Positions 43,935 through 51,877 of a stretch of DNA of 64,000 nt are shown here, piece after piece. Source of the DNA: a virus. The position numbers and the translations under genes were made by a program. The DNA is taken from positions 1 to 64,000 of the IMG/VR virus record IMGVR_UViG_3300050821_003907; one strand, given 5' to 3'. The notes under the pieces were generated by a model that made no database searches, was not told where the DNA came from, and saw nothing but the letters and a program-made list of their open reading frames with translations. Positions within the stretch are counted from its first letter, which is position 1, and every line of letters begins with the position of its first letter.

Positions 43935-44465
43935 ATGTGCGATAACTATAACTGCGCAGTAGAGCTTGCCCGACTTGCCGAGAAGATAGCTGCTGCTGAC
44001 AGATTTAATGCTCAAGCCCGTGCTGACATGATGCGATTGCTTGATGAACGTCAGGCGTCTAATCAAGAGGCTATGAGTACTGCCTTTGAGGCTGCCGAAA
44101 AAGCCGTCAGTGCTGCTCTTGAGGCGTCAAAACAAGCCACTACTAAGGCAGAAACAGCAGCGGAAAAGCGATTTGAGTCTGTTAACGAGTTCCGTGGCCA
44201 GCTTAGTGACCAAGCCCGAACTTTCTTGCCTCGTGGTGAGTACGATGAAGCACAAAAATATCTTGTGCAGAAGGTAGAAGAGACCTCTAAGCACGTAGCT
44301 GACCTCGAACTCCGGCTTAGCAGTCGCCTGGACGTAACTCAAGGTGGTAATGTCGCAAACGCTGTAACAGGCCGTACTAGGCGCGAGAATCTTCTGCTTA
44401 TAGCGACAATTATTTCCTTCCTGGTGGCTATAGCCAGTATTATCACAGGCGTGATTATCCACTAG
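43935..44465 (+). CDS. Coiled-coil protein with C-terminal TM helix
   Basis: AEKAV..A..A...A..KAE.A.EKRFESVNEFR pattern; TACTCT-N6-ATG. Confidence 0.7.
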   Translation: MCDNYNCAVELARLAEKIAAADRFNAQARADMMRLLDERQASNQEAMSTAFEAAEKAVSAALEASKQATTKAETAAEKRFESVNEFRGQLSDQARTFLPRGEYDEAQKYLVQKVEETSKHVADLELRLSSRLDVTQGGNVANAVTGRTRRENLLLIATIISFLVAIASIITGVIIH

Positions 44466-44490
44466 CTGATTAAGCGCTTACAATGAGTGC

Positions 44491-45027
44491 ATGACAGCAG
44501 TATTCCCGTCTCCAGGACTTATCGGGCTTACCTCCATATCAGGAGAGGTCGGCGCGGGTATCAGGCTGGGCCAGTTTCTTAACGGAGATGGCTTCAGCAC
44601 GTTCGAGCATGCTTTTGTCTGCCTTGGCGGTGGCCAGATTCTTGAGGCTGAACCGGGTGGTGCAAGGATAGTTCCCTTGCATTACGCGCCTAAGTCCATC
44701 TACTGGTGCAGCAATATATACAAGATGCTCGGAGATGACCCCTGGCACGCAGGCTGGATTACGCGCATTAATAGCCTGGGGAAGAGCTACAAAGGCGTTC
44801 CGTATTCTTTCCTGGATTACGATGCGCTGATAGCTCACCGCCTGCACCTGCCGATTCCTGGGCTAGAGCACTTCATTGCAGACACAGGTCACATGATTTG
44901 CTCGCAAATTGCTGACGATTTCTACCTGAAGCTAGGCGTTGAGATATTCACGGACAAGCGCTGGACGGGCTACGTTACTCCGGGGTCGCTGTGGAAGCGT
45001 GACCTTGAGCTGGCGAAGGTAGTGTAA
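44491..45027 (+). CDS. Permuted papain-like NlpC/P60 (YiiX-like) enzyme
   Basis: FEHAF..ILEAEPGG, GVPYSF, HMICSQ (His before Cys). Confidence 0.7.
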   Translation: MTAVFPSPGLIGLTSISGEVGAGIRLGQFLNGDGFSTFEHAFVCLGGGQILEAEPGGARIVPLHYAPKSIYWCSNIYKMLGDDPWHAGWITRINSLGKSYKGVPYSFLDYDALIAHRLHLPIPGLEHFIADTGHMICSQIADDFYLKLGVEIFTDKRWTGYVTPGSLWKRDLELAKVV

Positions 45028-45395
45028 CCGTGAGTCCTTCAGAGCGAGTGCCCCTATCTCAGGAAGAGTTGCGCTCTTGGATGGACATCATTGAGCACGA
45101 AACTTTTCCTGACTTCAGGCGTCAGGTCTCAGATGCGCTAGGACGCACCGCCCATCCGCTAGGACTCTACGTTACAGACGCAATTTTGCGCCGATGTGCC
45201 ATGATGTGGCGAGTACACTGATAAGCTGAAATCAATGAAGGCTCCTAGGCGAGGAGGTGGTAGCTGTGAAAAGTAATCACTGCGCCCTAGGAGGTGGTCT
45301 TTAAATCTCGCCACAAGCCCTCCACTCAGGAGATTCCCTCTTGGGTCGAGGGCTTTTGGTGTATTCTGAGTAGGGAAAAGCTACTAGGAGGCATC

Positions 45396-46400
45396 GTGAC
45401 AAGTGCAGTTTATTATGACCTGTCCGGGTCAGTGGTGCCTGTCACCATTACGTTTACTGACCCTAGTAACCACCCTGTAGACCCCGGTACCATCCAGTTT
45501 GTGACTACAGACCCTCAGGGCCTGCAAACAAACTACACGTACACAGGCGGCTCAGGGCGCAATGTAATCACCAAGCTCGCCATCGGCGAATACCAGTTCA
45601 ATTTGCAGGCATCTGTACTGTACTCACCTAACCCGGTACCTACGGGCCTGTGGTCAGCCATGTGGATTGGCGTCGGAAATACAGGTGGACCTGGCGGCAC
45701 GACGGTACAGGCAAATACTTTCCGCATCCTGCCTTACAGCAGTGAGCCAGGGACTTCTCAAGTTCAGTGGTACTGCGGCTTGGACGAGCTGAAGTCACGA
45801 CTTAGCATCACAGACACTGCAAGTGACTATGAGATGACTACGGCAATTCAAGCAGCGACGAACTGGATTACTGAGTACTGCGCTCAGCATTTTTTCCAGA
45901 TTACAGAAAGCCGCACGTTTGCGCCTAGTGATATCTGGCTGCTCGATATAGACCCTATAGTCAGCGTGAGTTCTCTTCTCCTGGACTATGACGGCGATGG
46001 TACATTTGAAACTTCCTGGACGCAGAACGTCAACTACCAGCTACGCCGTGGATTTGAGTTGTACAACTCTAACTATCTCGGCGTTCCGCGTCCGTACCGG
46101 CAGGTGCAAGTACTCCTGGGTAGCGAAGGTGCTCCCTCTGGCGGCCAGTTCTTCCCGTTCATCTGGCCCTTCACGCACCTGGACCGGATTAAGATAACCG
46201 GTGTGTGGGGCTGGCCTGTCATCCCTCCAGCAGTATCTCAGGCTTGCCTTATGCTGTCAGCTGAATACTTCAAGCTGAAGGACGCTACCTTTGGCGTGCT
46301 AGGCGTTTCTGACCTGGGAATAGCCAAGGTTGGGTCTAACTCGTGGATTGTAGAACTTTTGCGGCCTTATATCCGGAGTAATCGCAAGGTTGGGATGTAG
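45396..46400 (+). CDS. Head-tail connector (gp6-like) with N-terminal Ig-like domain
   Basis: YCGLDELKSRL, IKITGVWGWPVIPPAVSQACL, ELLRPY; GGAGG RBS. Confidence 0.8.
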   Translation: MTSAVYYDLSGSVVPVTITFTDPSNHPVDPGTIQFVTTDPQGLQTNYTYTGGSGRNVITKLAIGEYQFNLQASVLYSPNPVPTGLWSAMWIGVGNTGGPGGTTVQANTFRILPYSSEPGTSQVQWYCGLDELKSRLSITDTASDYEMTTAIQAATNWITEYCAQHFFQITESRTFAPSDIWLLDIDPIVSVSSLLLDYDGDGTFETSWTQNVNYQLRRGFELYNSNYLGVPRPYRQVQVLLGSEGAPSGGQFFPFIWPFTHLDRIKITGVWGWPVIPPAVSQACLMLSAEYFKLKDATFGVLGVSDLGIAKVGSNSWIVELLRPYIRSNRKVGM

Positions 46401-46409
46401 GATTAGGCC

Positions 46410-46658
46410 ATGCATATCGTTCTTGAGATGTTTGGGCGGCGTTTTGAGATGGCTTCCGCATACCGAAAGGTAGAAGAAGCTGAGTTTGAGGAAGGTGGCG
46501 CAGAAGAGCATCTAGCTCACGACCCGCACTCAGTTCCTCACGCTAGCGCTGAACGAGCCTACCCTCCATTTGAGCACGCAGGAGTAAATGAGCTGCCAGC
46601 ACGCCTGCCGTTTGGCTTCGCTAGTCAGGTCATGGAGACCGTGGACCCAGAGGAGTAA
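46410..46658 (+). CDS. Hypothetical protein
   Basis: TAGGAT-N6-ATG. Confidence 0.55.
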   Translation: MHIVLEMFGRRFEMASAYRKVEEAEFEEGGAEEHLAHDPHSVPHASAERAYPPFEHAGVNELPARLPFGFASQVMETVDPEE

Positions 46659-46660
46659 CC

Positions 46661-47560
46661 TTGGCAGCTAAAGCCGGTGTTTCCAAGACCCCTTTCGTTG
46701 TACCCAAGAAAACTGCTGCACAGGCAGCGCCTAATGCACTACCGGCTTACACCACTGCGCAAATGAACGCTTACAACCGGGTGGTCAACCGCAAGTTCAT
46801 TCAGCAGCTAGGCCAGCAAGTGGGTAAGACAGCTCCATTCCCTCCGGGTTCAGCTCCTCAGCCAGCTTCTATACAAGGCAATGCCGGTACTCAGGTGGTA
46901 GGCGGTAAGCTGAGTGCTGTTCAGTTCGCGAGTGCGGCAAGGGCGGCAGCCCGTAAGGCCGCAGTCCGTTCCATGGCGATTAACGCCAGTGCAGCTCAGG
47001 CAAAGCGCGGGGGACTCTCAAAGAGCATGCAGAGTCAAACAGGCAGCGCGGCATTTTATGCCCGGACACAGGCCAGCGCAGCAGCGCAGGTAGCAGCCGG
47101 AGCTAATGCCGCCGCAACTATCCCCTCAAGTCCCAAGACTGCGGTAGGCGTAAAGAAGTCAGAAGGTCCGTGGATTACCGCAGGCAATGACGAAAAGTAT
47201 GATTGCTGCATAGCTGTGGCTATAGCTAATCATCTTTGGATTAGCACAGGATTGCGCCTGACAGACGAGCAAGTATGGATGCTTCACGCGGTGGGTGGTG
47301 GCGAAGATGTTGAGCAAACCCTGGAAGCCGCTTCGTCTGGGGAATTGTGGGACAATGTGCATCTTGAGGACTACGCAAAGCTAGAAACAGGCGAACCACT
47401 TGAAGGAGCATTGCTTATCTCGTTCCCTACGGATAATGGGGACCATGTAGCGCTACTGCTACCTGATGGTAAGATGGCTTCCTGGGGTGAGTCTTATCCC
47501 GTACCTGACCACGTAGAGGAAGCTTGGGCATTGAAATGGCAGATGACGACAACGAGCTAA
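46661..47560 (+). CDS. Ala/Lys-rich N-terminus fused to putative Cys-His papain-like domain
   Basis: YDCCIAVAIANH ... GDHVALL ... SWGE. Confidence 0.5.
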   Translation: MAAKAGVSKTPFVVPKKTAAQAAPNALPAYTTAQMNAYNRVVNRKFIQQLGQQVGKTAPFPPGSAPQPASIQGNAGTQVVGGKLSAVQFASAARAAARKAAVRSMAINASAAQAKRGGLSKSMQSQTGSAAFYARTQASAAAQVAAGANAAATIPSSPKTAVGVKKSEGPWITAGNDEKYDCCIAVAIANHLWISTGLRLTDEQVWMLHAVGGGEDVEQTLEAASSGELWDNVHLEDYAKLETGEPLEGALLISFPTDNGDHVALLLPDGKMASWGESYPVPDHVEEAWALKWQMTTTS

Positions 47561-47769
47561 GCCCTGAAGAAGTTAACCAGATTGCTGAGAACCTGATGGC
47601 CGGAATCATGGGCGAGATGGACCCTCAAGAGTCCACGTGCTTTGCCTTGGCGACGTTCTACAACAAGCTGCAAGATGCGGGCTTCCCGGAATACCGGGCT
47701 TATGACATGGTCAAGTCGTGGTTCCTGGCCATCATGGTGACGGGTAACGACGAGGCAGAGTATGAATAA
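47536..47769 (+). CDS. Hypothetical protein
   Basis: FYNKLQDAGF..A pattern. Confidence 0.55.
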   Translation: MADDDNELSPEEVNQIAENLMAGIMGEMDPQESTCFALATFYNKLQDAGFPEYRAYDMVKSWFLAIMVTGNDEAEYE

Positions 47770-48328
47770 CAATGGCGGCAAGGGCATTCACACCGGACGG
47801 GGGCTGTGGAGAATGCACCCTCATGTGCGCACTGACAATCAGCTAACCTTCGGTGAGCGCGCTGCTGACATCATGCGTAACGCCTTCGGCTCCTGGATGT
47901 TCGTCGGCAGTTTCCTGGCGTTCATGGCAGTGTGGATGCTACTGAACACGGTAGTGCTTCACGGTGGATTTGACCGCTACCCCTACATCTTGCTGAACTT
48001 GTCACTATCCATGATGGCGGGCCTCCAGGGAGCACTAATTCTTATCGCCGCCAAGCGAGCTGACCGTGTAGCAGCAGAGCAGTCAATAGCGCACTATACG
48101 GAAACTTCCAAGATGGATAAGCTGCTTACCGAAAATAACGACATGACGGCGCAGATTAAAGAAGCCACAGCGCTTCTTGAAGACTTGCAAAGTGACGTTC
48201 ACGCTATCTTGCGCGCACTTAACCTTGAATCGGCAATACGAACTACCCCACCTGCACCTATGACAGCAATACTGGGAAAGGAAATAGAGCGTGGCAACGC
48301 TGACCCAAATCCGCCAAGCGCTAGCTAG
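47762..48328 (+). CDS. DUF1003-family membrane protein
   Basis: TFGERAAD..FGSW.F, FDRYPYILLNL.LS..A..Q. Confidence 0.85.
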   Translation: MNNNGGKGIHTGRGLWRMHPHVRTDNQLTFGERAADIMRNAFGSWMFVGSFLAFMAVWMLLNTVVLHGGFDRYPYILLNLSLSMMAGLQGALILIAAKRADRVAAEQSIAHYTETSKMDKLLTENNDMTAQIKEATALLEDLQSDVHAILRALNLESAIRTTPPAPMTAILGKEIERGNADPNPPSAS

Positions 48329-48749
48329 CCAGATACAGACTTACTGCGTTAATCCGCAATTGCGAGCGCAAGCTGAACCGCTGGACCAAGGTGTAGGACC
48401 TGTAGCCCTAATCGTGCCCGGAAGCCCTTACATCAAGTACGGCGACACTTTCGCTGACTCCTTTAACGACCTTGGGCAGATGCAATTTGGCGTTTGCGTA
48501 AACCTTTGCGTGCTAATCCTGGTGTCAGACAGCTCAACAGCTGACCGCGAGCAGCAGCAACTGGACGCGTTCCTTGACCTTGGCACTGCGGCTGACCAGA
48601 TTTCCGTTCCCATGGCTATCCAGATGGACCCCACGCTAGGCGGCATCGTAATGAGCACGATACCAATTCAGGTCGGTCACTATGGTAGGGTTCCCTATGG
48701 TGGACTAGAGTACTTCGGTGCTCGCCTTGAAGTTCAGGTATTGGCGTAA
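48291..48749 (+). CDS. Tail terminator / tail completion protein
   Basis: IRQALA, SVPMAIQMDPTLGGIV, YFGARLEVQV; synteny. Confidence 0.7.
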   Translation: MATLTQIRQALASQIQTYCVNPQLRAQAEPLDQGVGPVALIVPGSPYIKYGDTFADSFNDLGQMQFGVCVNLCVLILVSDSSTADREQQQLDAFLDLGTAADQISVPMAIQMDPTLGGIVMSTIPIQVGHYGRVPYGGLEYFGARLEVQVLA

Positions 48750-48765
48750 AGAAAGGTAGCGGATA

Positions 48766-49848
48766 GTGGCACCGCGTATTCTGCTGGTTCATCCTGGACC
48801 AGATTTTTCAGTAGCGGACGTGTTCAATGGCTGGAAGTACGGCCTGGAACGTCAAGGAGCAGTTGTAGCGACCTACAACACTAACGACCGCCTGTCGTTC
48901 TACTCTCAGGCTCAGCTACGTGACTGGGACCACAAGATTAAGTGCCAGGCTTGCGACCAGTACCGGTACAAGACAGCGCTAGACGGCGAGCAGGCAATGC
49001 TGCTCACAATGCAGGGCCTTTCCCACGCAGTATGGACTTTCATGCCTGACGTGATGGTGTTCATATCAGCTTTCTACACAACCGCAGGAATGTTTGAGCT
49101 GATGCGCTTGCGAGGGCGCAAGGTAGTTCTCATCCACACAGAATCGCCTTACCAGGATGGTGAGCAGTACCTTCGGGGCCAGTTCGCTGACCTTAACCTC
49201 ATCAACGACCCCATGAACCTGGACGAATGGGGGACGCTGGAAGCCCCGGCTCACTACATCCCTCACGCATACCACCCTCTTATGCACTACCCGCAGCCCG
49301 CAGGCGAGGTACATGAAGACCCATCCGATTTCGCTTTCGTGGGAACGGCGTTCCCGTCAAGGATTAAGTTCCTGGAGCGAATGGACTTCACAGACGTGGA
49401 AGTCGCGCTAGGCGGAAGCGCCTGGGACACACTGGAGCCTGAGTCACCCTTGAGGAAATACCTGAGCCACGACCCTTCGCACTGCGTTGAGAATGCGGAA
49501 ACAGCTCGTGTCTACCGGGGTTCCCGGGCAGGAATTAACCTTTACCGCCGTGAAGGTGAGCAGCACAACGATTATGAGGGCTGGGCAATGGGTCCCAGGG
49601 AAGTCGAGATGGCTGCCTGCGGACTTCCGTTCTTGCGTGACCCTCGGGCTGAGAGCGACAAGCTCTTCCCGTTCCTGCCTACCTTCACGACCCCTGAAGA
49701 CGCCACGGAAAAGCTTCGCTGGCTGCTGGCTGACGAAGACAGGCGAGTAGGACTCGGTAACCAGGCCCGTGAAGCTATCGCTGACCGCAATTTTGACGTC
49801 CACGGGCAGTGGCTCATGCAGGAGATGGATGACTTGGGTTTCTTTTAA
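48766..49848 (+). CDS. Glycosyltransferase (CgeB/YkvP-like GT-B)
   Basis: FAFVGTAFPSR, YRGSRAGINL, PREVEMAACG. Confidence 0.8.
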   Translation: MAPRILLVHPGPDFSVADVFNGWKYGLERQGAVVATYNTNDRLSFYSQAQLRDWDHKIKCQACDQYRYKTALDGEQAMLLTMQGLSHAVWTFMPDVMVFISAFYTTAGMFELMRLRGRKVVLIHTESPYQDGEQYLRGQFADLNLINDPMNLDEWGTLEAPAHYIPHAYHPLMHYPQPAGEVHEDPSDFAFVGTAFPSRIKFLERMDFTDVEVALGGSAWDTLEPESPLRKYLSHDPSHCVENAETARVYRGSRAGINLYRREGEQHNDYEGWAMGPREVEMAACGLPFLRDPRAESDKLFPFLPTFTTPEDATEKLRWLLADEDRRVGLGNQAREAIADRNFDVHGQWLMQEMDDLGFF

Positions 49849-50122
49849 TGCACAAAGAATGGCTTGAGTGCGTGCATTGCGGCAGCTACTGGCGAGGAAT
49901 CCCCGACGAAGTGAACCTTTGCTCAAAGGCGTGCGCTGAAGCCTGCCTAGAAGACACGCTGAAGATTGCTCAAGATAAAGAAAGTCAAGCTAAGCCGGGT
50001 CGCTTGTAGAATTAGGGTAGCGCTACGAGAGTTTTTCCCTTACCCTTAAATCTGAGGGAGCCGTGTCCGCCGGATGCTCACGAGGCCCATCTGAACGTAC
50101 CTAGTTACGAGAGGGTGACCCC

Positions 50123-50557
50123 GTGTCGCGTATTCACGGCCGAAATGGGATTGTGTACCTCGGTGTAAACCCCGCCGACAGTGCATCCCCCATGGCATTT
50201 GTGTCCGACTGGACAATTAACTTCACTGTTGCCAAGGTCGATGTGACGGCACTTGGCGACTCCAACCTCATTTGGGTGTCTGGTCTTCCGGACGCTTCCG
50301 GTGACTTCAGCGGCTTCTACGACACCGCAACCGCGCAGACTTACATTGCTGCGAAGGACGGCCAGCCGCGTAACTTCTACCTGTACCCGAGCACCATCGG
50401 TGTTCAGGCCGCTAACCCCGGTCAGTACTTCTTCGGCACCATCCTGCCTGACTTCGCCGTAACTGGCGGCGTGGCAGCAGCTGTGACCATGAAGTCCACC
50501 TGGAATGCTGCATCTATCGTGCAGCGTTACCCTGTATCTGGAATATCGGGAACCTAA
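50123..50557 (+). CDS. Major tail (tube) protein
   Basis: RIHGRNG, DVTALGD, GLPDASGDFSGFYD; followed by terminator and chaperone. Confidence 0.8.
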   Translation: MSRIHGRNGIVYLGVNPADSASPMAFVSDWTINFTVAKVDVTALGDSNLIWVSGLPDASGDFSGFYDTATAQTYIAAKDGQPRNFYLYPSTIGVQAANPGQYFFGTILPDFAVTGGVAAAVTMKSTWNAASIVQRYPVSGISGT

Positions 50558-50568
50558 TCCTGAGGCAA

Positions 50569-50610
50569 ACAGCCCCAGAGTCGCGCCACACGACTCTGGG
50601 GCTGTATTTA
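50569..50610 (+). terminator. Intrinsic terminator after tail tube gene
   Basis: ACAGCCCCAGAGTCG / CGACTCTGGGGCTGT then ATTTA. Confidence 0.8.
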
Positions 50611-50716
50611 GTCACCCCTGAATGACTTGCAGAATTATTCTCCGATTGTGACACGAACAGCTTACTACCGACTAAGCTGTGACACGTCCAGTACTTCATG
50701 ATTCGGAGAAATTAAA

Positions 50717-51202
50717 GTGGCTTCTACGGAAGAGAACGAGCTCACTCAGATTCAGCTTGCAACAGCCGAAAAGGCAGCGCGAGCTAAGGGCAAGCCTGCG
50801 GCATTTGCCCGTGACGGTTCCAAGTTCGTTGAGTTTGACGGAGTTGAGTACCGGCTTGCCGACGAGATTGGCATCATCCCCCTTATGCGCTGGGCAGCCG
50901 CTGCTGACCTTAGCACGGACGACTCCGGTGCGATGGGTGCCATGTGGGCCATCCTCCAGGACATGATTGACGCCCCTGAATTCCCGGCCTGGGTAAAGCA
51001 CGCAACCCGCCTTAAGTCGGATGCAGAAGAAGTCCTGGACTTCGTGAATGTCTGCATGGAGGCTATCACCGGAAACCCTACCGAGCGGCCAAGTTCTTCC
51101 TCGGATACCTCGCCGTCAACCTCAGGCGAATCGAAGGAGAACTCCTCCGCAAACACGGTAAAGGCATCTCCTCGTTCACGCCGCGCGAAGTCTGCAACAT
51201 AG
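50717..51202 (+). CDS. Tail assembly chaperone (G)
   Basis: Between tail tube and tape measure; ends GNPT + low complexity. Confidence 0.8.
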   Translation: MASTEENELTQIQLATAEKAARAKGKPAAFARDGSKFVEFDGVEYRLADEIGIIPLMRWAAAADLSTDDSGAMGAMWAILQDMIDAPEFPAWVKHATRLKSDAEEVLDFVNVCMEAITGNPTERPSSSSDTSPSTSGESKENSSANTVKASPRSRRAKSAT

Positions 51203-51474
51203 TATTCAGCATTATCCAGGACAACTTCCGTAACGAGTGCGGTCACCTTGTTGAAGGTGACGAGTACATGCTTATGCTTGAAAAGATAGGCATGGAGACC
51301 GACAAGGAAGAAGAAGCCAAGCTGGCACTGGAGCACTGGCAGAAGATTCAGGGTATTGACACGGAAAACGTGGAAATCAGCCCGCAAATGCAGGCTATGA
51401 TGAACAACGCGTGGATGTACTCTGATAGAGACGAAGAAATCCCCGGAAACTTCATGGGGTCTGGACGCGAGTAA
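50717..51474 (+). CDS. Tail assembly chaperone G-T fusion via -1 frameshift
   Basis: A-AAC-CCT heptamer 51073-51079; -1 frame open to 51474. Confidence 0.7.
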
Positions 51475-51479
51475 GGAGA

Positions 51480-51845
51480 ATGTCAATGGCAGATTTCATG
51501 ACGCTAAAGCTGGATGATGTCGCCATTGACATTCTCCTTTCTGAAGCAGACGGGCCTGTAGGGCGTTACATGTACGACCTGAGCCAGAGGATGACAATCA
51601 TCGCCAAGGCTGCCGCGCCTGTGATGAAGGGCCGCAATTACTGGACATCCAGGTCCAATGCGATTCGGCCACCCGGCACCACACGTGCGTCAGTTCACTC
51701 AATCTGGGGATATGACGATGCAGGGCAGCCTTTCGCGGGAGTTAATGCCCTGGCTAATCCTTCCATATTCCTGGAAAGGCCAGCGGTTCAAATGCACAGG
51801 AGATACCCATTCCTGACCCTGGCATTGGACCCTGTGATACTGTAA
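51480..51845 (+). CDS. HK97 gp10-like neck/tail protein
   Basis: GPVGRYM...AKAAAPV...GTTRASV pattern. Confidence 0.55.
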   Translation: MSMADFMTLKLDDVAIDILLSEADGPVGRYMYDLSQRMTIIAKAAAPVMKGRNYWTSRSNAIRPPGTTRASVHSIWGYDDAGQPFAGVNALANPSIFLERPAVQMHRRYPFLTLALDPVIL

Positions 51846-51877
51846 ATAGACGTTAAATTCCTGCCCGGAGGTGAATA

